Of a DNA stretch of 64,000 nucleotides, positions 1 to 12,407 are shown piece after piece; position 1 is the stretch's first letter, and each line of letters opens with the position of its first letter. This DNA comes from Trichinella spiralis (lineage: Eukaryota), in the NCBI RefSeq assembly GCF_000181795.1, contig NW_003526943.1, positions 7,089,566 to 7,153,565 of the forward strand. Reading direction: 5' to 3'. The notes beneath the pieces were generated by a model. That model was not told where the DNA came from. It saw only the letters and a program-made list of their open reading frames with translations, and did not search any database. The position numbers and the translations under genes are program-made.

Positions 1-907
1 GTCGAGCGATGATAAAAGCTAATAGTTGGCGTATGCCTATTTATAAATATGTCGAGCGGCGAGCTGTTTTTGTTGGGCGATCGATTATTTTTCAGTGCAA
101 CATGAAAAAAGAATTTGAAAATTTTATCCCTTACAACAGTAGCTGGCGTTTAGGTATTCAATGGCTTCGCTTGACGCCTCATGGTTTTCTGCCAATTGCA
201 TACCCGGATGCATTTCCGATGGCATATAGGTAAAAAAAGTTTTCAATTTTACCACTATTTAATGTTTAATGTTTAGAAATTATGAAATATCAAACGACAC
301 ACTGAAAATAATCAGTGCTCAAGAAGATTTGCACAGTGGATTGTACATGTGCACAGTTAACAGAGGGCCACATCAAGTGTTTGCTACTGCCTTTGAATTA
401 AGTTCAGCAATTTATCCATATTGGTCAATGATGTTGCTAATTTACAATTTTAGGTGTAGATGTATGCAAATTTGAAAATTTCCTTTATATAGATTATTGT
501 AAATTTGGTGTTTGCGAAATATCAAAGGATGATTTCAATTTAACAGAACTCAACTGCGCATGTGAACCTGGATACAGTGGTTTCGGTTGCATTCACAGTG
601 ATGCATTTTTATTTCTTTCATTTTTTAAAATTACATCTATTTGCTGAAAGATTTTCTTATCACAGGAACTAAAATTCTAAGAACGTATATATGGTTGGCG
701 TGGATTCCAGTATTTGTCATGAGCTCAACTACAATAGTTGCAGTGACCATTATCTTCTTCGTCGTCGATGCAAGGTAACGAGCATGAAGAAGTCTATTTT
801 TCTAAGTACTCAATATAAAAGATTTTTTTAGAAAAAAGAGAAAAAAGTATGCAAGGCATCGAATAATAACATATCGAAACATGATAGAAGATGATTTGAA
901 GGATTGA
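1..907 (+). CDS. Ig-like + EGF-like + transmembrane protein, copy A (5' partial, multi-exon)
   Basis: Ig-type motifs (IQWLRL ... DLHSGLYMCTV). An EGF exon (~454-597) reads C-x10-CKFGVC...CACEPGYSGFGC. A hydrophobic exon (~666-774) reads WLAWIPVFVMSSTTIVAVTIIFFVV, followed by a basic tail RKKRKK and TGA at 905-907. Short GT-AG introns. Confidence 0.75.
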
Positions 908-1360
908 AGAAATGCATTTATTGTTAAATTTATTTAAATTTATTGCAAATGTAGCAGATATGAAGATATAATTTCAGTCATACCATTTCATTTTCCATAC
1001 TATACCAATATTTCAAAAGATAAATAACAACAATTTGAAAAATGAATGACAAATATACTTTTCATATTATTTTTCTTGTTTACACTCGATTCATTATCTC
1101 CAATGAATATTTTGTAATAGTACACAACCGTGAAAAACGCATGTTTAAAATAATAAACAGTACTTTATTTGTTTATTTTCAATGTATTAATTTAAAAGCG
1201 TATTTGTTTATCTTAATTGAAATTTAAATAATTAAAAACAAAAACAATAAATGTGATAATTATAAACTGTTGAAATTTAAACTTTAAAATACCACCAGTT
1301 TGAGTGTAATTTAAACTAAGCATTTTATGCAAACTGTTCAAACACAAATATCCGGATCAA

Positions 1361-2360
1361 ATGCAGATTATTAGCTTTTCTGGTAAAATGAAAAGGTATT
1401 TCAAAGGGATGTTACCCATTTTAATTGTATATTTTATACTGATGATGCAAAGTGTGACGTCGGATTTAATAAAAGATGAAGAAGGATATATAGAAATTCC
1501 TCCTGTTCAGTTCCGCAAGGAAGCGTATTTTGATCTTCGAAGCGGTCACGGCGCTACAATTTCTTGCCAGAGTATCAAGGAGGAATTATTACCGTTCGTG
1601 AAATCTGAAGAAAATTGGCAAACCCAAACACACTGGTATAAAAAAAATGATTCAAACTGGCAGTTAGTTACCGTACCTAGCGACATGCCGCAAATTTTAC
1701 AGTAAACATAATTTTTCTCATTACAACAACAATACAGGTCATGCGATTGGTTTAGAAATTTACGATTTTATGGTGAAGATATCGAAATAGCAAGTTTATT
1801 AGCTGGCGTGCACAACGGAGATTATCTTTGCATAGTTTCCATTGTAAACAAAAGCATTGCCGTTGCGATGAACATTCGCTTGGGTAAACTGAATTTAAAC
1901 AGACAAATAAGAAATAATTTATTGTCATATTCTACTTTTTTTTCAACAGATGTTTTCGATTGTAAGCAACATTTTAGCGTCTCCCACGGTTATTGTTTTC
2001 ACGGATTATGCAGCATATTGGACAAAGATTTCAAGCACAGTCGGATGCACTGCGATTGTCAACCAGGTTACAGTGGCTTGTATTGTGCTGAAAGTTTGTT
2101 CATAATCTATTATTCAATTCTGAAAAGCAGAAACTAACGCGATATGATTCAGGAAACAACGACGCATTTCTGCATAACAGAATATGCTGGATACCGTTTT
2201 TCATCATCGCATGCGTTGTTGCACTTGTTGCAGTGGTGGCATTTTTCGCTTCATTTGCGCGAATGTTAGCAGTAACTTTTTTCTTTCAATGTTTACATGC
2301 TAAATGATGGTCCATTTCAGCACCAAACCCAGAGTTTACTCAAAGCACAATATCAACTGA
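1361..2360 (+). CDS. Ig-like + EGF-like + transmembrane protein, copy B (tandem paralog)
   Basis: Signal-peptide-like N-terminus (MLPILIVYFILMMQSVTS). Ig motifs ATISC...HWYK...HNGDYLCIV. EGF domain CKQHFSVSHGYCFHGLC...CDCQPGYSGLYC. TM exon ICWIPFFIIACVVALVAVVAFF. Same exon layout as copy A. Start (1361 or 1388) and stop are approximate. Confidence 0.75.
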
Positions 2361-2822
2361 CATTCAAGCCGACACGTGATTAGCAATTACAAAAAACTGA
2401 AAATAACAAGTCAACAAAATTATTGACTGAATTATTTGAAAAACTGCAATGATTTAAGAAACCATATTTGAATATTGCATCGACAGCTTTGGAAATCAAC
2501 GTAAGCAATAGATCCTTCACTCAAATTTTATAAACTATAATTATTATCATTGTCTCCAATATATATATAATTTACTTATTGCATTTTAAACTGTTTCGCT
2601 TAAATTGTAATTTTAAATGCTACCGTAAAATATTTTAACGATTATAAAAATATATTTCAAAGTTGAGTATTCAAAAATGGAAACAGACAATGCTAAACTG
2701 CTTCAAAATCTTAATAACTAATTTTCATTCAATTATTATTTGAAAGATTTGCAATGAAAATATTTTGGACAACTTCAACGTTATATATTGATTTATTCAA
2801 GAAAAATAAAATGAAGAAGATA

Positions 2823-3650
2823 TCAATCGAATAAACCAAATCCCATATCTTCGTCTTCTTCTTCACTTTCTTCTTTTTTCTTCGTATCTTCTATAACGCA
2901 ACAAAAGTAAAAAAATAAAATAATTTTCAAAAAATTTTAGAATTGTTCAATACCTTTCTTGCTACTTTCAGTAGCAGCTGGAGCTGCAGCGTCAGCAGCC
3001 ACACTCGCACCACCGGTAGCTACTGCCGGTCCACTGGGAACACTAGACAACTTTGTGGCACCTGTGAAAAAATACCATAAAATATTAAAGTTCTATAAAT
3101 ATTTTTTATAAGCGTTTAACAAAACAATCATACAATTCAGCTAAAATGTTAACCTATATCGGAAACCGTACATGTAAAGCTTTTCAAGATTGTTTTTCTT
3201 TTAAATTCTTCACGCGTGAGCAAAAATTATTATCGAGGAATGGATTGTGAAAATTATAATACATGTAAATGTCCAACTTAAGTTTTTAAAAAATAATGCA
3301 CAGTAAATACCGACAAATCAGACAATAACTGATTCCATAGCATAAATACAATGCGATAGCTGAATTAAAACAAATAAATAATTGTCTAATCAAAGCAGAA
3401 TGCACATGAATTTTTTTAACATTATGAACATTTATATAAATTATATAAATTAAGCAAAATAAAAATGAATTGAATTACCTTCTGCGATCAATTTTAACAG
3501 GTCATTTCCTTTACAAGAATCAACGACCATTTTAGCTTTACTTTCATCAAATTCATCAGTTGCAGAACTGATAATTTTTTTTAAATCAGCAACTTCAGGA
3601 TTACTTTTTCCTCCAATAACAGCAAGGCAATAAGCAGCTGTGTATTTCAT
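2823..3650 (-). CDS. RPLP2: 60S acidic ribosomal protein P2
   Basis: Exons 3650-3479, 3061-2954 and 2890-2823 join in frame: MKYTAAYCLAVIGG...LIAEG ATKLSSVPSG...EESEEEDEDMGFGLFD*. The C-terminus is the canonical P-protein end. Confidence 0.97.
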
Positions 3651-5058
3651 CTTGGTTATCTTCAAACTTCAACAAATACCAATTTTTAAGGTGTCGAAGG
3701 TTGCCAACATACGTACAGTAATATAATAATAAAGTTCAATTAAATGCAATTTACCAAGAATAACTTTTAGCATAATAATTAAAATTAGATTTAAAAAATG
3801 CTTCAAATGATACTTTTAATTTTATGTGAAAAATTTTATTTGATTTTATAATATTTTATTAATTATAAAGTAGGTCCAATGAGAAATTAATTGATTGCAA
3901 ACAAGTAGTTTAGTTAAATTCATTATTTGGAAAATGTATAGCTTCAATATTATAAAATGTGCTTTTTTAAATATTTTTTGAGTAAATTTATAATTCAAAT
4001 AAACATTTACAGTAGCTATGCAGAAATGATGTTTTTTATATATATGCATTTAAATTTTACATTTGATGGAAATAATAAGAAAATTTAAAAAATATAATAT
4101 ATTGTAAAATTTGTTTTTGAGATCTGTTCTGCTGAATAAAATAATTTTTATTTTCTTGCTCTATTTTAAAATTTATGTTTTATTTTTTAAGTAGTTAGAG
4201 TGATCATGAATAAGCTTCAAGCTATATTTATTTTTAGAAAAGTCAGCAGACTGTTTGAATTTGATTAATACTTTCTTACAAAGTGAATAATGTGTTGTTG
4301 AAAATATGTCAGTTGCACAGTATAATGTGAGTGTAAGTGACGCGATGCCACCGGAGACATTGCACCAAAGATAACGGATCAAATTTTGTTCCCTGATGCG
4401 TTCAAATTTTCAGTGTATTTATCATGTATTTTTGATAAGAAAATAATTGCAAGTCGAAGTGAAAGAAAGTCGAAGATTTTTTATTTCAACCAGAAATGCC
4501 GAAGTAAGTGAGTTTAAACTTATTCTAATTTCATTTAGTCAACAGTATCATTTTATTAACGTAATTAATTGAATAATTACTGGTGTGTGAAATGTTTTAT
4601 CAGAGCAAAAAAAGAGAATACATTCATTCAGTTTAAAGTAAAAACAACTTTTTGAAACAAGTGCCAATAAAATTATTTTAGTGCAGATTTTAAAGTTATT
4701 TATTTTCCAAAATGATGCAGTTTAATGCAAATAAACGATCTCATCTTAGACCGTTTTACCGATTTTGGTCTGATTGGTTGCTCTAGCACTGAGGCAGGCG
4801 ATCCAAATGCAACTAACTGCCGCTATCCAATTACGCATTACGGACTAAGCTTGAAGCCAGCTAGGATTTTGATGAATTGCTTTCACTTCCCATAGGAGAA
4901 AATTCAATTTTCCTCAAGCGTGTCAAATTGAATTCCAACCCTGACCAAACCGACTTTTGCTACCAGTAGCGAACGCTACAAAAAGCAAAAACTGTAGTAC
5001 AGTTTCATTATGACAGAATTTTATGAAATGATATATTTATATATATAATAAAAGTATA

Positions 5059-8000
5059 ATGAGCCTTCATCAATGGTTGGAGAACATTTGGTCATCAGTA
5101 TGTTTGAAAATATTATTTGTTTGAGTAAAAATATGATAGATATATTTTTTTATTTAGAAAGCAAAAGTAATTCTTTCTCATGTTGGACTGATTTTAATTT
5201 TTTGCACATATGTATTGGCTGGATCGTTTATTTTTTATCATCTAGAACAAGATAATGAAATTAAGATACGCGAAAAAAGTTTCGCTGATGTACTTGAAAC
5301 ACGGGATCGTCTGTTTGATGCAGTTTGGCATGGGGGTTTAGAAAATCCTCCCTCCCCTCAACAGTTGGCTAACTTGGTGGACAATTTGACCAATGCATTG
5401 TTGGATGCTTTTGACACACGTTTTGTCAGTGCTCAACATTTTTCCAACAGTACAAAGCCAGATGATGTGTGGACTTATTCATCATCAGTATTTTTCACCG
5501 TCACGTTTCTTACTACCATAGGCAAGTATTGTATTTTTTTACAAATTTATACGACGCAATCGAAGCAAAAAGTATAATTTTCATTATCGTCAGTCCTATG
5601 ATCACTGCAATGAAATTTATAATCAATTTAATGTTCTTTTCACTTTAAATTTTACACATCATACACTGTGAATAGCAACTCTGAAAGGTACTTTCTTCAG
5701 GTTTTTTAATGATAAATTGTGATTCAGAATATTTTAAAATATTTTCTTTACAAAGTTTTGTAACGATTTCATTGTCGATTGCTTTTGTAGAGCAATTATT
5801 ATATCCAGTCGCTTTCAGTAATGAAGTTTTGAAAGCTGGGAAAAATTTATCCTACAAATTTAAGTCATAACTGAAAGCCAACTTTAAACGAACAGTTATC
5901 TGGATTTATTCTGAGCAGTTCACTTTTCTAACTGTATAATCTTGCAATTTTAATCAGAATACTGCCATATTTCAAAAAAGAAATATAATTTAATAATGCA
6001 AAATATATCAATTATAAATATGAATTATTAAATTAACATTCTAATGCTGATTTTAAAATGAATACTTTTATTTGGACACGTCATTTAAATTTTGAAATTA
6101 CTTTAATTTTCAGCCAAAATTATTATTAAAAACTTTTTATAATAGCAATTTTATTAATTTTTAAATAAAAAGAATTAAAAGTGGTAATTATCGTTCTTTT
6201 GATCATGAATATTGAGAAAATATTTTAAAAGTTTTTCGTCAAAACTAAAAACTTTTACCCTTTCTTGTGATTATAAAATATTAATGATAGTTTTATTTCA
6301 AATGAATTATACTAAAATTATATCATAGTTTTTCATTCTAAAAAAGGAAGCAAATCTAAGTGAAATTATTTAATAAGTAGCATGAAATTGCAAGATATCT
6401 GCTTCACTTTTGGATGGCATATTTTGACGATTTCAGAAATCTTTTGCTGTCAAAATAATAGTCTATTTTTAAAAACTTATCTGAGCCAATATCAAACTGC
6501 TTGTATCATTTTGCTTTAAGCAGTGATAAGGCAAGTCAAAGAATTTTTATTTTGCTCTTATTTTATTTTCCATCTGAAAGCTTCATAGTATACATGTTTG
6601 TTTTTATTTTTTTGTGATTGTCTTCTTGTAGTATAAAATTTAATAAGTAATAAATAAAGTAAATTAAATAATTTGAAAATGAAAAATTTGCATTTCTACA
6701 CCCTTTTTACAGTTTTCTGTAAATGCATGGTTGTTTTATTTATTATAATTAAAAGAAATTTATCGAAATAGTTATGAAAATTACAAATGAAATAATTAAC
6801 TAATGTTCATTATAAAATTAGCTGCTTTAGTGATAAAATTAAAATTGATCCCTGTCTGAGAAAGCTAATAAAGTGATTTCATTCAGTCCAGGGTGAAACA
6901 TGTTGATGCTAACATTGAGATGACAATGAAACGCATTTGATTCGATATGGCAAAAGTTAATATACTTAATATTAATGAAAAATAAATTTTTTTGCTTTTG
7001 CTGCTAATATTAAATTTAATTAGTTTAATTAAAATGTTATTTTGGGAAAATTAAATTTGCAATTTTAAAATGATCTCATCTTCAAAATGAAGATTCGATA
7101 CTTTAGAATAAGCAACTTCTATTGATAAATTTGAAATTGAATTTGTTTTTGAATGTTTCTAAAATAAAAAAATTTTATAGCTACATTCTCATATCGGCAC
7201 ATATTATTTATAAAGCCTATCGTGAATGTTTTTCACATAATCTTATAAAAAAATTTTCTGTAATTTATTCTGAAATGTCAATATTTGAAAATAAATAAAC
7301 AACTGAATGATGATTGTAATTTAATTTTTGTTTAATATTTTTTCATAAATATGAATAATGTGTTGTTGTAATTTCACAAGAAAAATTGATCAGATGAAAT
7401 TGTTACGTGGCACATTTTAATATCATTCTTTATGTTACAATATTATATAGCAAATGGTGGTAATAAATTCATATGAAACTATTTAAAGTTCAATTTGCAT
7501 TGCAGTGAAAATGCGTTGATCAACTTTTTCAATGAAACATTTGAACATGTGAATCAATAATACAAATAAACTGCCTTAATGGTATCAATCAAACGTTCTC
7601 CAGTGATAAAGCGCAAATTTTATTTTCCCATTCAAACATGATTGCACTTTCCGATACAATTTCGTCGATGGAAATAAATTTATTTTGTCATTGATAAGAA
7701 AAATAATTTCTTAGAATAAAAAAAATTCTAGTAATAAATAAAAAAGAAATTTTATTTGAATTTGAAATTAATTTTTTGTTTAAATTGAAAATTTTTAATA
7801 AAAAAAGGAAAAATTATTTTGAAATGAAAAGAATTAAGCAATAATAATGATAACAATATGCTTAGAACTTGAAACTATCAAGAGGGTATTTTTGATTATA
7901 CTTGAAAAATATTTATTGTTATTCCATTTCAATGTTAATTTCATATTCAATGATGATGAGATGAGATGAGAAAAGAAGGCATTTTCAAATCAACACATAT

Positions 8001-9333
8001 CAAACGAACATTGATTTTGCAATTATCTTGTACAGCTCGAATTATTTCAACTGCGAGTAAATTTGGATTGAATTAGCATTAGCCAGTGAGTAGCCAGTGG
8101 CTACTACCAACTAATTCATGCTAAAATCTGATTTTCTTTCCAGGGGTGCGTGTAACTCTCCCTCTCTCCTCAAATAGCCTTTTACGATCTATTGAACGAT
8201 AGTTTAATTCTATGATTAAGAAATTTTTACGACTTAAAATGTTGAAATAATTTATTTACAGAAAAGAACTGTGAAAAATTTTAATTAACTTGCAACATTT
8301 TCATTTTTGTAGAATAACATAAAATCAAGACTTAATGTTGTTATAAAGGGAAAAGAAGTTCAGGGTAAAAAAAGAAAAGAAAACCAATATCCAGCCAATA
8401 AATAAATAAAAATATCCATTTAATTTCACTTTTATTATTTTTAAAAATATGAATTAATATAATAATGTTTTTATTGTTCAACAACTTGAAGGTTTTGGCA
8501 ATCCGAGCCCGTCGACGTTTCGTGGACGTCTGTTCTGTGTGTTTTACGGTCTGATTGGAATTCCGTTGGCTTTGATCACGATCGCCGATTCGGGCAAATT
8601 TCTGGGCGAGTTCATGGTTCACGTTTACAGCGCTTGCAGGGGGTCGATTTTGAAGCGAAGGCGTGGCAAAGAGCAGGAACAGTCGGCTGCCGTGGAACAA
8701 AGCACCGTCGGCTGTGTGGACGTGGACGACGACGAACGACGCCATTTGCTCATTTCAGAATTGGACAAAGTTGGCTTGAGGGAATTTGCCGACGTGCCAG
8801 CCGGTCTGGTGTTCGGCGTTTTCCTCAGCTACACGGCACTAGGCTCGCTGCTTCTGCATTACGTCGAAAGGTGGGATATTGTGGACGCGTTCTATTTCAC
8901 CTTCGTCACCATGACCACGGTCGGATTCGGCGATCTGATTCCCGAGCAACGGTCCTGCTATTTGTTGATCCTGCTTTACATACTGGTCGGCTTGGCTCTG
9001 ACCACGACGCTGATCGACCTGGTCGGTGTCAAGTACATCATCAAGGTCCACTATTTCGGCCGGGCAATCCAAGACGCCAGCTGGACAATGGTCCGAATCG
9101 GTGGCAAGCTCATTCGGCTGGACGAGTTGGTGAAAAGTTCGTCCGCCATTTGGCAGCGTCGGTTCGGGTCGGTTTTCAAGCCAGAGCAGGGGAAAAAGCC
9201 AACGCCCGGAGCCTTCTGCCCCCAGGACATCAATCGCATACGGTACATTGATTTTCCAATGCGGACGGCTTCGAAACCATTCAACTGCATCACCGACGAC
9301 ATGCAACGCCACTGGCAAATAACCAATCTTTGA
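5059..9333 (+). CDS. Two-pore-domain (K2P/TWK-family) potassium channel
   Basis: Exons 5059-5097, 5158-5521 and 8492-9333. TM1 reads GLILIFCTYVLAGSFIFYHLEQ. Pore 1 is WTYSSSVFFTVTFLTTIG|FGNP across the intron. TM2 reads GRLFCVFYGLIGIPLAL. Pore 2 is DAFYFTFVTMTTVGFGDL. Confidence 0.93.
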
Positions 9334-9508
9334 CATTTTTCCCTTCCCCACTTTCAGGTATATTATTATTATTATTAGAGTTGTTGTTTAATGGAACGTT
9401 TCTCAATTTTGAACAATATTTTTAATATTATTATTTTTCAACAACAACAACAACAACAACTGTAAATCTTTGTGCTTTTTTTTCCATCTAAAATCATACA
9501 TCTAAATT

Positions 9509-11471
9509 TTATCCGGACAAATTCTCAACCGCTTCTTCTTCTTCTTCTTCGTTCAATGATTGCTTGGTGGTATCGTCAGCGGTGGTTCGTTTTGTTCCAA
9601 GCTGTTGTTTCTTCTTTTTCGCAATTTTTTCTTCCAACGATTCTGACAAAATATAAAACAAATTTTAATTCTTTTTCTATGACGGAAACTAAAAGTATAT
9701 CAATAAAGTTCCATTTATTTCATTCATTTATTCACACAAAAATAAAAGATTTAATTTAATTTAATTTAATTTAAAAAACAATACAAATTACTTCCAACTG
9801 ATCTGCCTTTCAAGGGTCGGTAGGAGTGGGACAACAATTCTGGATGTAAAATTGAAGTTGTGTTCAAATCTAAATTCAAACTTCAGTTGTGCATAATCTT
9901 TCGAGCAATACAATATCCATACCGGCAGTTGTAGAATTGTTGGGCATCAAACTCAACAAACTGTTCATCATATTTTCTATTATTTCAACTCTGCAATTAG
10001 AAGAAAATATTTGTTTTTTCAATCACAGATACACTGTTGCTGTGCACTGATTTACTTAATTGCAAAATTAACCAAAGTTCTCTGCAAGTTGCTTATACAT
10101 TCCATTATAATTCCCTCTTTCCAGTGCCATTCCAGATTATCATATTGACAACCGTACAAAACCAAAGGCCATCCTGTAAAATTTGGAAAACTTTTCTTTT
10201 CACAAAAAATAATAATCATAAAAAAAAGAAAACCTACCCACGACCATAGAATATTGCGGTTTGGCGGGACAGAGTTCAGTATTCAACAGCCATTCAATTA
10301 CCTCAACAAAATATAAGAGCTATATTGAATACAATGAACGAGTAAGTGAACAATCTGGAAAATTTCTTTACATCCGGCTGCTCTTTCCCTTCACCAATGG
10401 CAAACAGTACGCTCATAATACAACGTATTTGGTGCCACAAAAATGCATTTGCAACAATCGTAAAACAGCACAACGTTCGCCTTGATGAAAAAAATGTGAA
10501 AAATAAAAAAATTTCTTTTTTCAAACAATCATTTTAGCAACTCACGAGTTCAGTCCACCTGCGTTCACTTTTGTAAACTGAACGTCGAATACAGTACGAA
10601 CGCAGGATTGGATTTCATTTTTTGACATGTCAATTTTGCAAAAATTTCTAAAATCATGCTCGCCAATCAACCGTTTGGACGCTTGTTCCATCAGCTGAAA
10701 ATACACGCAAATAGTCCCACGTCGAAAGTTGGAAAACAAAGCAACGATTGCTGAGAAATGGAGAAAATCCACTACAGTACTCACCTTCAAATTCAGTGCA
10801 CCTTTGGGGAAGAAATATTTGTACTGTCTGGAAGTGCAGTTGTATCGAGCGTTGAACGTTCTTTCCACCGGAGCCCAGGCGAGGACTCGAATTTCTTGGG
10901 GCAGAACGCTGTTGAGAATTTTTGCATAGTCGAGCTCCTCCGATTTGGGCGTTGTCTTCCGACTGGTTGGCTTCGGCTCGTTGGGACAATAGCCGTCGGG
11001 TTCAAAAACGCCCACGCCCGTTGTCTGGTTACTTCGTACATCCAACGACAGAACCTGAAAGTTTGGACAAAAAAGAACAGAAAATTACAATTGAACAATT
11101 TCAAAAATATTGGCCCAACTTGACTGAAAGCGCTGACTGTTTTGTCTGTACGACCGCAGCGACTGTAATTAGCTGTTTCCAGAGATTGGATCAATTTCGT
11201 TTCAATCAAAGCTTTGAAAATCTTCGATTCAACAGTGTTCTGTGAATTATTTTGCGCACAAAAACCGTCCAAATCCCAACCAAGATATGCAACCATCAAT
11301 GCAATATGTCTCCGACAATATCTGCCAAATGTTCAGTAAATAAATAAATAAATAATAAATATTACATCCTCACATATAATAAAAACAAGATTAAAAAAAT
11401 CAAATCAATACGTAAAATTGTAAAAAAATGTACCTGCTAAAATCAAACTGCCTCTCAACTTTTCTTGGCAT
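9509..11471 (-). CDS. PUS3: tRNA pseudouridine(38/39) synthase (TruA/Deg1/PUS3 family)
   Basis: Motifs RQFDFS, HIALMVAYLGW, catalytic YSRCGRTDKTVSAFSQ, FNARYNCTSRQYKYFF, GEHDFRNFCK, AFLWHQIRCIM, PAKPQYSM. Last exon KSLEEKIAKK... ends TAA at 9511-9509. The ATG at 11471 follows a TTTCAG acceptor, so the true start may lie upstream. Confidence 0.93.
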
Positions 11472-12407
11472 TTCTGAAACAAAATTGTCAAACTAAATCA
11501 GCAAAAAAATGAACATGTAAAAAATTTATTCAACAGCTAAGCTATACAGCTGCAATGCCACTCTTTCGTTCGCTGATTATTCAGCCTCTTCCTCGCCAAA
11601 GCATGGCTACTAAGAAAACCAATTACATGGGCATCGTTTGAGTAAATTTAAAATTATGAAACTTTGACAAAATTTATTTAAAACATTCTTATCGTTCATA
11701 CTTGTTTGGAAATTATACACATATACCATACGGTTTAATAATACCAGTTGTGAAATGCATTTCCAATTTACGGCACAGTTTCATCATTTATTTAAGTATA
11801 AAAGTAAAAATTATGAATTTTATGAAAATTAAATTTTAAAAAAGACTGATGATTCCCTGTGCAACTGCTGAAATTTCAGATTGCTCAAAGCATACAGTAT
11901 ATGAAAATCAAGTACTGATTACGAGTTTCACTCAATGCATTGTTTTAAAGTCATGTTAGTTATTGTACAAAAAATAAGTGAAAACAATTCCAATTCAACT
12001 AAAATATTGAAAATTAAATCGTTTCGCTTCTTGATATTTTGTGCATACAAAAAATTATTGGTTTTGTTCTTCAATTCACAATTTACCACTGCACAGTTGC
12101 AGAATTATCACTACTAATTCACCCACCACTGAATTTATTAATGCACCAAAAAAATATCGATGTGTTCAAGCCTAATCTACAAAAGTGCAACATAATATAA
12201 ATCACATAAGCAATAATCAGTGTACGAGTAATGAAACAAGGCAAGCGAGCAAAGAGAATTCCCCTCCTATAATAAAGTGATGTAATATCGTAGAAGAAAA
12301 TTATTACTCGCGACAGTTGACAAAACTTGAAATACCAATACTTTCGAATAAGAAAAGAAGTTTTTAACGTGAAAATGTATATGGATCATGGCTATATGGG
12401 ATTTTCT

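Noticed and set aside
8634..9351. Alternate-frame and antisense ORFs over the K2P last exon
   Set aside because: Explained by stop-codon scarcity in a GC-rich exon.
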